Shown: positions 1-9,818 of the stretch, one piece after another
Layout of the letters: each line of letters begins with the position of its first letter
Position numbering within the stretch: position 1 is the first letter of the stretch
DNA from: an uncultured Gemmatimonadaceae bacterium
GTDB lineage: Bacteria; Gemmatimonadota; Gemmatimonadetes; Gemmatimonadales; Gemmatimonadaceae
Direction of reading: 5' to 3'
Assembly (NCBI GenBank): GCA_963781585.1
Contig: CAWAGQ010000004.1
Location: 192,001-256,000, forward strand
Length of the DNA stretch: 64,000 nt
The notes under the pieces: model-generated
Seen by the model: the letters and a program-made list of their open reading frames with translations, nothing else
What the model was told of the DNA's origin: nothing
The model's database searches: none
Made by a program: the position numbers and the translations under genes

Positions 1-2
1 CG

Positions 3-215
3 AGCGAAGAGGGCGCGCCGTGGGTCAAGTACATCCACGGCGACTACGGGAAGGGCTCGTGGACATTCCTTGGCGGGCATGATCCCGAATCGCCGCAGCA
101 CAACATCGGTGCCGCGCCCACCGATCTGTCGCTCTTCCCGACCTCGCCCGGCTATCGCCTGATTCTGAACAACGTGCTCTTCCCGGCGGCGAAGAAGAAA
201 CCGCTGAAGACCTAG
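3..215 (+). CDS. 3' end of a conserved hypothetical protein (family often labelled 'asparagine synthetase B'-like in FCB-group bacteria), truncated by the window edge
   Basis: Open frame from position 3 to TAG 213-215 reading ...GKGSWTFLGGHDPE...SPGYRLILNNVLFPAAKKKPLKT*. Family label is from memory. Confidence 0.7.
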   Translation, partial: SEEGAPWVKYIHGDYGKGSWTFLGGHDPESPQHNIGAAPTDLSLFPTSPGYRLILNNVLFPAAKKKPLKT

Positions 216-218
216 GGC

Positions 219-2723
219 GTGTCGGCGCGCATTGCGGCCAGCGCCGCGGCGGGGATCCGCACGGCGATCAGCCTGGCCGGCGGCAGGGAAGTGTGTTTCG
301 TCTGCACGGCCGACGCGGACGGCAGCGTGGTCACCGCACGGGTGGTTTCCAGGGGCGATGTGCGCGGCGTGCTCGCACTCCCCGGGTTCGCCCAGCGCGG
401 CGAACTGCTGCTCCACAACCATCCCTCGGGAATCCTGGAGCCGTCGGATCCGGATCTGGAGATCGCGGCGCGGATGCACGACCAGGGCGTGGGCTTCGCC
501 ATCACCAACAACGACGCGACCGATCTCTACGTGGTGGTGGAGGTGCCGCGGGTCCGACCAGTGATTCGGGTCGATCTGGCGGAGATCGAAGCCGAACTCG
601 GTCCGGACGGCGACATCGCCCGCCTCCACGCGCGCTACGAGGACCGTCCGGGGCAGCGTGCCTACGCGCGATCGGTGGCCCGGCTGTACAACGGTGGCGG
701 CATCGGACTCCTCGAAGCCGGTACCGGGATCGGCAAGTCGTTAGGCTATCTGCTTCCGGCGCTGCGCTGGGCGGCCGCCAACGGGGAGCGTACCATCGTC
801 TCCACCAACACCATCAACCTCCAGGAGCAGCTGGTCGGCAAGGACCTCCCGTTTCTCGCGCAGGCGCTGCGGGACCAACCGGTGCGATTCGCGCTGCTCA
901 AGGGATGGCGGAACTACCTCTGCCTCCATCGGCTCGACCAGGCCCGGTCGGCCGGCACCACCCTGTTCGATGCCGACGCGGAGGGCGATCTCGAGATGCT
1001 CTCGGCGTGGGCGGCGCGCACGCGCGACGGAACGCGCAGCGACCTGCCGGTCGAGCCTCGCGACGAGGTGTGGGACGAGGTGGCGGCGGAATCCGACCTC
1101 TGCCTGCGGCTCAAGTGCCCGCATTTCGACCGCTGCTTTCTCTATGCGGCCCGGCGTGAGGCGGCGCAGGCCGACGTCATCGTGGTGAATCATCACCTGC
1201 TGCTCGCCGATCTGGCGGTGCGTCGAAGCACCCAGAACTGGGAGGACGCCGCGGTCCTTCCCCCCTACCGGCGTCTGGTGATCGACGAAGGGCACCATCT
1301 GGAGGACGCGGCGGCCGCCCACCTGGGGGCATCGATCTCCCGGAGGGGCCTCGATCGGTTGCTCACCCGCCTGGAGCGCCGCGGCAAGGGGCTCCTTCCG
1401 ACGCTGGCCGCCAGGCTCGAGGGGCGGAAGGATCTGCTGAGCGTGGCGAGCCTCGACCTGGTGCATGCGCGCCTCTTCTCCTCGGTCCGCGCGGCAGCTG
1501 CGAAAGGGGGGCTGGTGTTCGACCTGCTCGACACCGTGCTGGTGGAAGCCTCGCAGCCGGTCCTTCGGGTGGACGACGCCTTTGGCGAACACCCCGCGTG
1601 GCGTGGCGGGCTGCGGGCCGCGCTCGACGATCTGGTGGGGGAATTGGCGCTGCTGGCCGATGGACTGCGCCTGGTGCGAGAGCGGCTCGAGCAGGACCCG
1701 CTTGCCGCCGAGCAGGTCGCCGCGCTGATCGGAGAGGTGCGCGGCGTGACGCGCCGGCTCCAGGCCGCGGGCGACGCACTGCGATCGGGCCTCTCGCCCT
1801 CTCCCGACGCACCGCCGGCCGTGCGCTGGATGGAAATCCGCGGACGGGACCGCAATCTGGCGGTGACGTCGGTGCCGCTGGACCTGGCGCCGATTCTGCG
1901 CGACGACCTGTTCCGGCGTCTCGAGACGGGCGTGGTGACCAGCGCCACGCTTGCCGCCGAGGGGCGTTTCGACTTTCTGCGGGGGCGGCTGGGGCTGGAC
2001 GAGCCCGATGTGGAGCCCGAGTGCGGCGTGTTCCGGTCGCCGTTCGACTTCTACTCTCAGTCGGTGCTGGGGATCCCGATCGATTTTCCGGCGCCTAACG
2101 ACGATCCGCGCGCGCACCTGGACGCCGTCTCGTCGGCGGTGGCCGAACTGGTCGAAATGGCGGACGGCGGCGTGTTCGCGCTGTTCACGAGTCATCGGGA
2201 CGTGCGTCTGGTGGCCGAGGCGCTGCGTGCCCGCGGGATCGACCGGCGATGGCCCCTGCTGGTGCATGGGGACGAAGGGCGCGATGTGTTGTTGCGCCGA
2301 TTCCGGGAGACGGGGCGCGGCGTGCTGCTCGGCACGGCGAGTTTCTGGGAGGGGGTGGATGTGCCCGGACAGCCGCTGCGGGTGCTCGTGCTTGCGAAAC
2401 TTCCGTTTCGCGTTCCCACCGAGCCGCTCACCGCCGCGCGAAGCGAGGCGGTGGAGGCGCGGGGTGGGAATGCCTTCCTCGACTACCTTCTTCCGGACGC
2501 GGCCCTCAAACTCAAGCAGGGCTTCGGACGCCTCATCCGGACGACTGAGGACTACGGCGCCGTGGTGCTGATGGATCCGCGGGTCTTCACCCGGTCGTAT
2601 GGCGCGTCGTTGGTGGACGGCCTCCCGCCCGCCCGCCGCGTCGTGGGCCCGTGGGATGAGGTGCGACGCGAGATCGCGAAGTTGTTCGCCCACGTGTCGC
2701 CCACCGCCCTCACCGTGCGCTAG
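219..2723 (+). CDS. DinG/YoaA-family Fe-S helicase with N-terminal JAB/MPN (RadC-like) domain
   Basis: Walker A EAGTGIGKS, DEGHH motif II, Fe-S cysteines (C..CLRLKC...C), FWEGVDVPG, QGFGRLIR; N-terminal HNHPSG..PS..D. Confidence 0.92.
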   Translation: MSARIAASAAAGIRTAISLAGGREVCFVCTADADGSVVTARVVSRGDVRGVLALPGFAQRGELLLHNHPSGILEPSDPDLEIAARMHDQGVGFAITNNDATDLYVVVEVPRVRPVIRVDLAEIEAELGPDGDIARLHARYEDRPGQRAYARSVARLYNGGGIGLLEAGTGIGKSLGYLLPALRWAAANGERTIVSTNTINLQEQLVGKDLPFLAQALRDQPVRFALLKGWRNYLCLHRLDQARSAGTTLFDADAEGDLEMLSAWAARTRDGTRSDLPVEPRDEVWDEVAAESDLCLRLKCPHFDRCFLYAARREAAQADVIVVNHHLLLADLAVRRSTQNWEDAAVLPPYRRLVIDEGHHLEDAAAAHLGASISRRGLDRLLTRLERRGKGLLPTLAARLEGRKDLLSVASLDLVHARLFSSVRAAAAKGGLVFDLLDTVLVEASQPVLRVDDAFGEHPAWRGGLRAALDDLVGELALLADGLRLVRERLEQDPLAAEQVAALIGEVRGVTRRLQAAGDALRSGLSPSPDAPPAVRWMEIRGRDRNLAVTSVPLDLAPILRDDLFRRLETGVVTSATLAAEGRFDFLRGRLGLDEPDVEPECGVFRSPFDFYSQSVLGIPIDFPAPNDDPRAHLDAVSSAVAELVEMADGGVFALFTSHRDVRLVAEALRARGIDRRWPLLVHGDEGRDVLLRRFRETGRGVLLGTASFWEGVDVPGQPLRVLVLAKLPFRVPTEPLTAARSEAVEARGGNAFLDYLLPDAALKLKQGFGRLIRTTEDYGAVVLMDPRVFTRSYGASLVDGLPPARRVVGPWDEVRREIAKLFAHVSPTALTVR

Positions 2724-2877
2724 ATTCGCCCACCCACCCATGGTTCCCTCCCACGGCGCGCACGCGGAACCGGGCGAGACTCGATGGTCGTGTTCGCGCG
2801 CCGCCGACCACCGATGATCGCTGGACGCGGAACCCCTGTAGCTGATAACTCACTTCGTCTGAGAACCGATCCATCCC

Positions 2878-3495
2878 ATGCTTCCCCGTCCCTCGAAAAT
2901 CGTCTGCGTCGGCCGGAACTACCTCGAACACGCCAAAGAGCTCGGCAATGACGTTCCCAGTGAACCGCTGATCTTCCTCAAGCCGCCGTCGAGTATCATC
3001 GCAGACGGCGATTACATCGAGCTGCCGCCGCAGTCGACACAGGTGGATCACGAAGCCGAGATCGGGATCATCATCGGCAAACGCCTCAGAAACGCGAACG
3101 AGGACGCGGCGACGCAGGCAATCCGTGGTGTCGCTGCACTCAACGACGTCACCGCCAGGGATCTGCAGCGAAAGGACGGCCAATGGACGCGTGCGAAGGG
3201 ATTCGACACGTTCTGTCCGATCGGTGACGTGTTCGAGGGAAAGGTGGACCTCGGCGCCCTGGAGCTCGTCGGCAAAGTGAATGATGAGGTCCGACAGCAC
3301 GCGACGAGCGACGAAATGGTGTTCCCCATTCCGCTACTGTTGTCGTACATCTCGCACGTCATGACGCTCGAGCCCGGCGACGTGGTGGCAACCGGCACGC
3401 CGGCCGGAATCTCCAGGCTGCAACCAGGCGACGTGGTGGAAGTCGAGATCGTCGGGGTTGGCAGGGTGCGCAATCCGGTGCGGAGTGCGGGCTAG
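2878..3495 (+). CDS. Fumarylacetoacetate hydrolase family protein
   Basis: VGRNYLEHAKE, HEAE, NDVTARD, AKGFDTFCP, TGTPAG motifs. Confidence 0.95.
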   Translation: MLPRPSKIVCVGRNYLEHAKELGNDVPSEPLIFLKPPSSIIADGDYIELPPQSTQVDHEAEIGIIIGKRLRNANEDAATQAIRGVAALNDVTARDLQRKDGQWTRAKGFDTFCPIGDVFEGKVDLGALELVGKVNDEVRQHATSDEMVFPIPLLLSYISHVMTLEPGDVVATGTPAGISRLQPGDVVEVEIVGVGRVRNPVRSAG

Positions 3496-3709
3496 CATCT
3501 TGCAGGGCACGCGACGTGGGGTGCGCGGAGCGAAATGTGTCTGACTATGGGCACTGTCCACGGTGCCTGACTATGCAGCGGCAGGTTCCGACCGACAGCG
3601 CTCCGCGTGCAGCGGAGCTGTGTCGCAACCAGTAGATTACTGCGGGGTAGCTAGAGATCCGCCGTCCGGCGACGGGGGTTCCTTCCTGGCGTCGAGAGCA
3701 TATTCACGG

Positions 3710-4651
3710 ATGAGAATGCAGCTCCGACTCGCACGAAACGCCCAGCTCGAAGCAAGCGCCGAACCACCGAAGCGGCGATTGGTGTCGCCGACGGCGATTT
3801 CGCTGGTGCTGCACGTGGTGCTCGGAGTCGCCCTGTGGAACGCCCTGCTGGTGCCTGCCGGTTTCCAGCGACTGCTCACGCCGCGCGAGACCACCCCGCG
3901 AACCGGGGAGCGGGTCGAATTCGTGACCACCGCACCGGCGGCGAACTCCGCGGTCGCGCCGGCACGCCCCGGCCAGCCTTCGGCGCGACCGGCGGCGCAG
4001 GAGCCCCCTCCGTTGGTTGCCCCCACGGAGGTTCCTGCCAGCATTCCGGAGCCGGCGAAACCAGGGGCGCCCGTTCCCTCATCGCTGTCGGGCAGCGGTC
4101 CGCCGGGCGCGCTGGCCGGCGGCACCGGGCCATCGCGTGGTGCGCAGCCGACCTACGTGGATCCTCGCGTCTGGGTCGAGGCGCCCCCGCTGGTGTACGC
4201 GCCCAAGACGGACGAGGAGCGTCTCGACAGTGCGCTGGTAACGACGCTGCGACGGACAGCGGATTCCCTCGCGGCGAACACCCACACGCCTAACAAGTTC
4301 GAGCGCGGCGACTGGACGGTGGAACGGAACGGAAAGAAATACGGGATCGATCAGAAGTACATTCACCTCGGAAGCTTCTCCATTCCCACCGCGCTGCTCG
4401 CGCTCCTGCCGCTGAATCGGGCACAGGGGAATCCGATCGCCATGGATCGGGATCGCGAGATGGCATTCATGCATTCCGACATTCAGTATCACGCGCAGGC
4501 GGCGCTCACCGAGGCGCAATTCCGGGCAGCGGTGAATGCGATCCGCGAGCGCAAGGATCGGGAGCATCGGGGACTGGGCAGGACAGTGGCCGGCTCCATC
4601 CCCGGCGATCCGCGCACGCTGGTGGCGCCGGGCGAGCGCCCGCCCCAGTAG
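3710..4651 (+). CDS. Hypothetical TonB-like protein: N-terminal TM anchor, Pro-rich linker, unknown C-terminal domain (start uncertain)
   Basis: TM segment AISLVLHVVLGVALW with S-x3-H, followed by a Pro/Ala-rich tract. Confidence 0.65.
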   Translation: MRMQLRLARNAQLEASAEPPKRRLVSPTAISLVLHVVLGVALWNALLVPAGFQRLLTPRETTPRTGERVEFVTTAPAANSAVAPARPGQPSARPAAQEPPPLVAPTEVPASIPEPAKPGAPVPSSLSGSGPPGALAGGTGPSRGAQPTYVDPRVWVEAPPLVYAPKTDEERLDSALVTTLRRTADSLAANTHTPNKFERGDWTVERNGKKYGIDQKYIHLGSFSIPTALLALLPLNRAQGNPIAMDRDREMAFMHSDIQYHAQAALTEAQFRAAVNAIRERKDREHRGLGRTVAGSIPGDPRTLVAPGERPPQ

Positions 4652-4679
4652 GGCTGCACGGGCGAGCACGCGGGCAAGC

Positions 4680-5318
4680 TCAGCCCGCCGCCTCCGGCTC
4701 GTCGTGGAAGGGGCGAAGTACCGCGGCCACCACCCCGAGCACCTCGAAATCATCGTTCGGTCCCACAATCCACTCCGGCTCGTCGGCCGACGCCGTTGTG
4801 AGGGCGACGTGCATCCCGCGATGCGACAGCGACCGCACGAGGCACTGGTCTCCCACTCGCACCGCCACCGCGTCAGTTTCGCGGGCCCGCACCGACGGGT
4901 TCACCAGCACCAGATCACCGTGCTGAATGCCGCGGGCGTTCATCGCCTGATCGGCCACCCGCAGAAAAAATGCATCGTCGCTGGGCACGAAGGCGCGATC
5001 CATGGCGATGAACCGTACGCGATTGCCATCGGTGAGGCGTGGGCCGGCGGAATTCACCGCCGCGTACAGTGGAACCGGCTGCGTCTGGCCGATGGATGAG
5101 AATCCGATGATGCGCACGCCACGGGACCGGGCGCCGTTGCGCTCGATGTATCCCTTGATCTCGAGCGAGCGGAGAATCTCGGCGACCGATTTGGTGGACT
5201 TGATGCGGAAGTGCCGGCCGATGTCGCGGACGCTCGGCTGGAACGTGTTCTCCGCGAGGAAATCGATCAGGTAGTGGTAGACGCGCCGCTCGAGCGGCGT
5301 GAGCGGCTCCGGCATCAC
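4680..5318 (-). CDS. lexA: LexA-family repressor with degenerate S24 peptidase catalytic residues
   Basis: N-terminal LexA winged HTH (PSVRDIG..F.IKS..V..L..L..KGYI.R...RSRG) and C-terminal S24-like fold (FFLRV..AM...GI..GDLVLV). Confidence 0.85.
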   Translation of the reverse strand: MMPEPLTPLERRVYHYLIDFLAENTFQPSVRDIGRHFRIKSTKSVAEILRSLEIKGYIERNGARSRGVRIIGFSSIGQTQPVPLYAAVNSAGPRLTDGNRVRFIAMDRAFVPSDDAFFLRVADQAMNARGIQHGDLVLVNPSVRARETDAVAVRVGDQCLVRSLSHRGMHVALTTASADEPEWIVGPNDDFEVLGVVAAVLRPFHDEPEAAG

Positions 5319-5463
5319 GACTCCGCGCAGTCAGGTCCCGGTGCGTGAGACCGAGTGGTGCAGCGCCCGAGATTGCATCACGCCACTGACCGCGTCAACC
5401 GCTCCGGCCCGCATCGAGGACGCGCGATCCGGCGGCTGGCTTGCCTTCGGACTGACCACCGCG

Positions 5464-6924
5464 TCAACCGCGCACGTTTTGGCCATCCGAGGCCTCGAGA
5501 TAGCGCACTGCCGCGTCCATACGATCGAGCGATTTTTCGCGCCGCAGGGCGAGCAGCACGTCGAAAATGCCGGGGCTCACCGCCAGACCTGTCAAAGCGA
5601 CGCGGAGGGGCTGGAAGATTTTGCCGCCCGCCACCCCTCGTTGCTCGGCGAGTCCGCGCAGGGAGGCCTCGAGGGACTCCGGGGTCCATTCCGCGACCGC
5701 CAGGCGGGCGCGCGCCTGCCGCAGGATGTCGGCCGACTCCACGGCGTCCTTCCAATTCCTGGCTACCGCGTCGGGATCGTAGTTGATGGCATCACGGAAG
5801 TACGGCGCGGCCTGCTGGACAATGTCGTGCGTGGTGCGCGCACGCACGCGCAGGAGGTCGAGGAGACGCAGCCACCAGTCGTGGCGCGTCTGGAGCTCGC
5901 CGGTCGAAACAAGGCCCGCGGCCACGATCAGCGGAGTGACGACGGGTTCCAGCCGATCGAGCGGAATGCGGCTCAGGTGCTGCCCGTTCATCCACTCCAG
6001 CTTCTTCGGATCGAAGATCGACGCCTTGCGGAGCATCCCATCGGACGAAAAGAGCTCGATCATCTCGGCCCGGGTCATGATCTCGCGATCGCCGCCGGGC
6101 GACCAGCCGAGGAGGGCCAGGAAGTTGCACATGGCCTCGGGGAGGATGCCGAGGTGCTGATAATCGGCCACCGCCGTGGCGCCGTGGCGCTTGCTCAACT
6201 TCTTCCCGTCCATCCCGTGGATCATCGGAAGGTGGGCGAACGTGGGCAGCGTCGCGCCCAGGGCGCGGTAGAGCATGATCTGCTTCGGAGTGTTCGAGAT
6301 GTGATCGTCGCCGCGCATAACGAGGCTGATGCGCATGGCGATATCGTCGGACACCACGGCCATGTTGTACACCGGCGTGCCGTCGGAGCGCAGGATGATG
6401 AAGTCGTCGACGTCCTGGTTGGGGAAGCTGATGTGCCCATGTACCAGGTCGTCCCATTCGGTGGTGCCGGCCGGAGCGCGGAAGCGGATGGCGTATGGCT
6501 CATTGCGTGCGAGACGGCGCTCGATCTCGTCGTGCGGAAGATCGGCGAGGCGGTGGTCGAACTTGAACGCCCGCCGTTCGGCCTCGGCGGCCCGGCGAAG
6601 CCGGTCGAGCTCCTCGGAAGGGGTGAAGTCGCGGTAGGCGTGGCCCGACTCGAGCAGTCGGCGTGCATCGCCCTGATGGCGCTCGAGATTCGCCCCCTGA
6701 TAGACGACCTCTTCGTCCCATTGGAGTCCGAGCCAGGTCAGGCCCTCGAAGATGGCCCGGGTGCTGGCGTCGGTACTCCGCGCCTTGTCGGTGTCCTCGA
6801 TCCGGAGCAGAAAAGTGCCGCCGTACTTTCGCGCGAAGAGCCAGTTGAACAGCGCCGTGCGCGCGCCGCCGACGTGGAGATAGCCGGTGGGCGACGGGGC
6901 GAACCGCAGGCGCGGCGCGTTCAC
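5464..6924 (-). CDS. gltX: Glutamate--tRNA ligase
   Basis: RFAPSPTGYLHVG, LRIEDTD, RGDDH, KLSKR motifs. Confidence 0.97.
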   Translation of the reverse strand: MNAPRLRFAPSPTGYLHVGGARTALFNWLFARKYGGTFLLRIEDTDKARSTDASTRAIFEGLTWLGLQWDEEVVYQGANLERHQGDARRLLESGHAYRDFTPSEELDRLRRAAEAERRAFKFDHRLADLPHDEIERRLARNEPYAIRFRAPAGTTEWDDLVHGHISFPNQDVDDFIILRSDGTPVYNMAVVSDDIAMRISLVMRGDDHISNTPKQIMLYRALGATLPTFAHLPMIHGMDGKKLSKRHGATAVADYQHLGILPEAMCNFLALLGWSPGGDREIMTRAEMIELFSSDGMLRKASIFDPKKLEWMNGQHLSRIPLDRLEPVVTPLIVAAGLVSTGELQTRHDWWLRLLDLLRVRARTTHDIVQQAAPYFRDAINYDPDAVARNWKDAVESADILRQARARLAVAEWTPESLEASLRGLAEQRGVAGGKIFQPLRVALTGLAVSPGIFDVLLALRREKSLDRMDAAVRYLEASDGQNVRG

Positions 6925-6966
6925 CTGAGCGCGCGTGCGGCGCGCCCGTGATCGGGCGTGTGTCGA

Positions 6967-7057
6967 CGGAGACGGAGGGATTCGAACCCTCGATACAGGT
7001 GTAAGCCCGTATAACGGTTTAGCAAACCGCCGCCTTCAGCCTCTCGGCCACGTCTCC
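6967..7057 (-). tRNA. tRNA-Ser(GCT)
   Basis: Reverse complement GGAGACGTGGCCGAGAGGCTGAAGGCGGCGGTTTGCTAAACCG...GGTTCGAATCCCTCCGTCTCCG; long variable arm; no encoded CCA. Confidence 0.95.
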
Positions 7058-7479
7058 TCGGAAGCACCCGGCACGGCCGCCGGGACGGGCCCTCGACGGG
7101 GCACGCGCCGCCGGGGTTGCGCATCATATCGGCGCCACGCGCCTCGGTCAACGGATGCAGCCCGCCCGTCCCGTTGGGTCTCACGTACTCGACCTATGCA
7201 ACGGGTCTGTGGCGGTGACACCGCCCGGACGACTGATCCGCGTACGCCGCGCTTCCCTGCTATCATTCGGACTGACGGCGGGTTGTCACGCCGGCGACAG
7301 GTCGCCGGTGACAGACTCGGGACAGGCAGCATCGCCGGGCAAGGCTCCAGCCGGGTCGCGCAGCAGCGCGCGGCCGCCCTCGCTGATGACGCGATCTGTC
7401 CGGAACCCGGGATTCCGCCACTGCGTGTTTCGCGCCGGCACTCGTCGGCACTCTCCCATTCCTCCAGGACCGTGCCAAC

Positions 7480-8787
7480 ATGATTGCGTGCAGAGGCATC
7501 TTTGTGTGGTCGACCCTCCTGTTGCTCGCGGCGGGCGCGGGCGCGCAGGTCGCGCCAGTGCCCCGTGCGGACTCCGCCTCGGAGGTACTGCCGCGCGTCT
7601 TTCTCGATTGTCAGGCGGATGGGTGTGACACGGATTTCCTGCGCACCGAGCTCACCTGGATGAACTTCGTGCGCGATCGGAACGTCGCGCTGGTGCACAT
7701 TCTCGCCACCGACCGATCGACCGCCTCCGGGGGACGCGAGATCACCATCGCGTTCATCGGGCAGGACTCGCTGAGCGCGGTGGTGGACACGATCGTGCAA
7801 TTCGCGCCGTTGGGGGCCACGGACGACGAGCAGCGGCGGTTGGTCGCGCGGACCATCGCCCAGGGCATGCTGCGGTTCGTACGGGCGTCGCCGCTGGCGA
7901 CGCAGCTGAGCGTCGTGTACCGTCCCCGCCCCGGTGGGCTGATCGTAACGGATACGCGTGGCGCCCGCGACCGGTGGCATCTCTGGGTCTTCCGCATCGG
8001 CGCCAGCGGGTTCCTGAACGGTGATGAGAACTACAAGTCCTCGTCCTTGTCGGGCTCGGTGCGGGCCACCCGGACGACCGAGCGCTGGAAGGCGAGTCTG
8101 TCGGTCAGCGGCGACTACCGGGAGAACAGCTACGCGCTCTCGGACAGCGAGACGCTGGTGACGTATCGTCACGGCTACAACGTCGACGGTCTGGTGGCCA
8201 GGAGTTTGAGCACCCACTGGTCGTTAGGCGTGCAGGCGAACGCGGCCTCGTCAGTAGTCTCCAATCTCGACCTCGGGCTGCGAGTGGGGCCGGCGCTGGA
8301 ATACGACGTTTTCCCGTACTCGGAGTCGACCAGGCGGCAGGTCATCGTGCGGTACGGCGTGGGCGTAAAGGCGCTCAACTACTCGGACGTGACGATCTAC
8401 GACAGGACCAGCGAGACGCTGGTCGATCATCGTCTGGTGGTGGCGGCCGAGATGACCCAGCCCTGGGGCGAGCTCGGCGCCGACGTGTCGGTGAACCAGT
8501 ACCTGCACGACATGACCAAGCGGAGCTTCAACGTTGGCGTGGGGGTGAGCTGGCGCGTGCTCACCGGTCTCAACCTCAATCTCGACGCCGGCTATTCGCA
8601 GATCCGCGATCAGATCAACCTCAAGCGCGCCGAGCTGACGGACGAGGATGTGCTGCTGCAGCTGCGTCAGTTGCGGACCGGGTATTCGTACTACGGGAGC
8701 GTGGGGCTCAGCTACACGTTCGGGTCGATTTTCCAGAACGTGGTGAATCCGCGGATGTCGCGGAACAACGGCAACTTCTTCTTCTAG
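7480..8787 (+). CDS. Hypothetical exported outer-membrane beta-barrel-type protein
   Basis: Signal peptide, alternating beta-strand pattern rich in Y/G/S, terminal Phe residues. Confidence 0.75.
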   Translation: MIACRGIFVWSTLLLLAAGAGAQVAPVPRADSASEVLPRVFLDCQADGCDTDFLRTELTWMNFVRDRNVALVHILATDRSTASGGREITIAFIGQDSLSAVVDTIVQFAPLGATDDEQRRLVARTIAQGMLRFVRASPLATQLSVVYRPRPGGLIVTDTRGARDRWHLWVFRIGASGFLNGDENYKSSSLSGSVRATRTTERWKASLSVSGDYRENSYALSDSETLVTYRHGYNVDGLVARSLSTHWSLGVQANAASSVVSNLDLGLRVGPALEYDVFPYSESTRRQVIVRYGVGVKALNYSDVTIYDRTSETLVDHRLVVAAEMTQPWGELGADVSVNQYLHDMTKRSFNVGVGVSWRVLTGLNLNLDAGYSQIRDQINLKRAELTDEDVLLQLRQLRTGYSYYGSVGLSYTFGSIFQNVVNPRMSRNNGNFFF

Positions 8788-9260
8788 TGCGCCGGATTCG
8801 GCGCCGGAACCTCCACGCGCCGGGAGAGGGATGTGCGCCACGAGGGATGTTGCACCGCGTCGAAAGTGGTGCAGGGAGGGTTTCCTGTGGTGGGGCTCGG
8901 CGAGCCTTGTCGGGAGCTGCGCGACGGCACCCAGGGTCGTCGGGCGGCTCCCGGCGGCGCGCTGTTAGCACCCGGCCAGCCGCTTTTCGGCTGGCGCGTC
9001 GTGGCGGCGTCCGCGAACACCCCGATTGTTGACGCTGCAATGCGGGTACAGCCGTGCCGCGGTACTGTCCCGGAGCTTGCGAAGCAGTGGCCGATCGTCA
9101 GTTCTTCAGTTCCATCAACCTCCACATCGACGAGGTTAAATTCGGTCCCGCCGGCCCACTCGTATGTCGCACAATCTGTCAGTAGTTAGGGCGAATTCTG
9201 ATTGGTCCCCTTGGCAGTGTAATCCTGGTAATGCAGTTGAGCCTGGAGGTGCGGTTTCTG

Positions 9261-9818
9261 ATGCGAGTGCTCGATTTGGGATGCGGACAGGGGCGGGATC
9301 TGGGTTCCTGGGGTGTCAACGCTTCCGATGAGATCGTTGGACTTGACATCCACGGCAGCAGTCTGGAAATCGCCAGGGAGCGATTCCCGAGCCGAACCTA
9401 CCTGCTAGGCGCCGGGGAACACTTGCCATTCCAGGAAGAGAGTTTTGAGCGAGTGATCTCAGCTGTTGCGCTCCCGTATATGAACATCCAAAGGTCACTT
9501 TCGGAAATTCGCCGCACCCTCGTTCCTGGTGGGACTTTGTCGCTCAGTCTGCATCTTCCGAGTTTCACAATGGCGGAACTACTCCACAATGCGCTGCCGA
9601 ATCCAATCCCCACGCTCTTTCGGCTCTACGTCATGGCCAATGGCCTGTTTTTCCATTGCACTGGCAGAACCGTCGCATTCCTCCACGGGCGGACAGAATC
9701 ATTCCAGACCGAGCGAGGGATGAGAATCGCGCTGGAGCGTGCCGGATATACCAATTCTTCGTTGCGTCGAGTAGGCGGGCCCGCCGGCGAATCGCTGTTT
9801 GTGGAAGCCACGAAATAG
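9261..9818 (+). CDS. Class I SAM-dependent methyltransferase (Methyltransf_11-like); alternative start 9231
   Basis: VLDLGCGQG motif I, GLDI, LPF.EESFE.V, LVPGG. Confidence 0.88.
   Translation: MRVLDLGCGQGRDLGSWGVNASDEIVGLDIHGSSLEIARERFPSRTYLLGAGEHLPFQEESFERVISAVALPYMNIQRSLSEIRRTLVPGGTLSLSLHLPSFTMAELLHNALPNPIPTLFRLYVMANGLFFHCTGRTVAFLHGRTESFQTERGMRIALERAGYTNSSLRRVGGPAGESLFVEATK

Noticed and set aside
741..2741. Long antisense or alternate-frame ORFs (e.g. 666 aa here; 5299-6951, 13916-15556, 22788-24668, 38120-40549, 47665-49521)
   Set aside because: They shadow well-supported genes, have no recognisable motifs, and are expected from stop-codon scarcity at high GC
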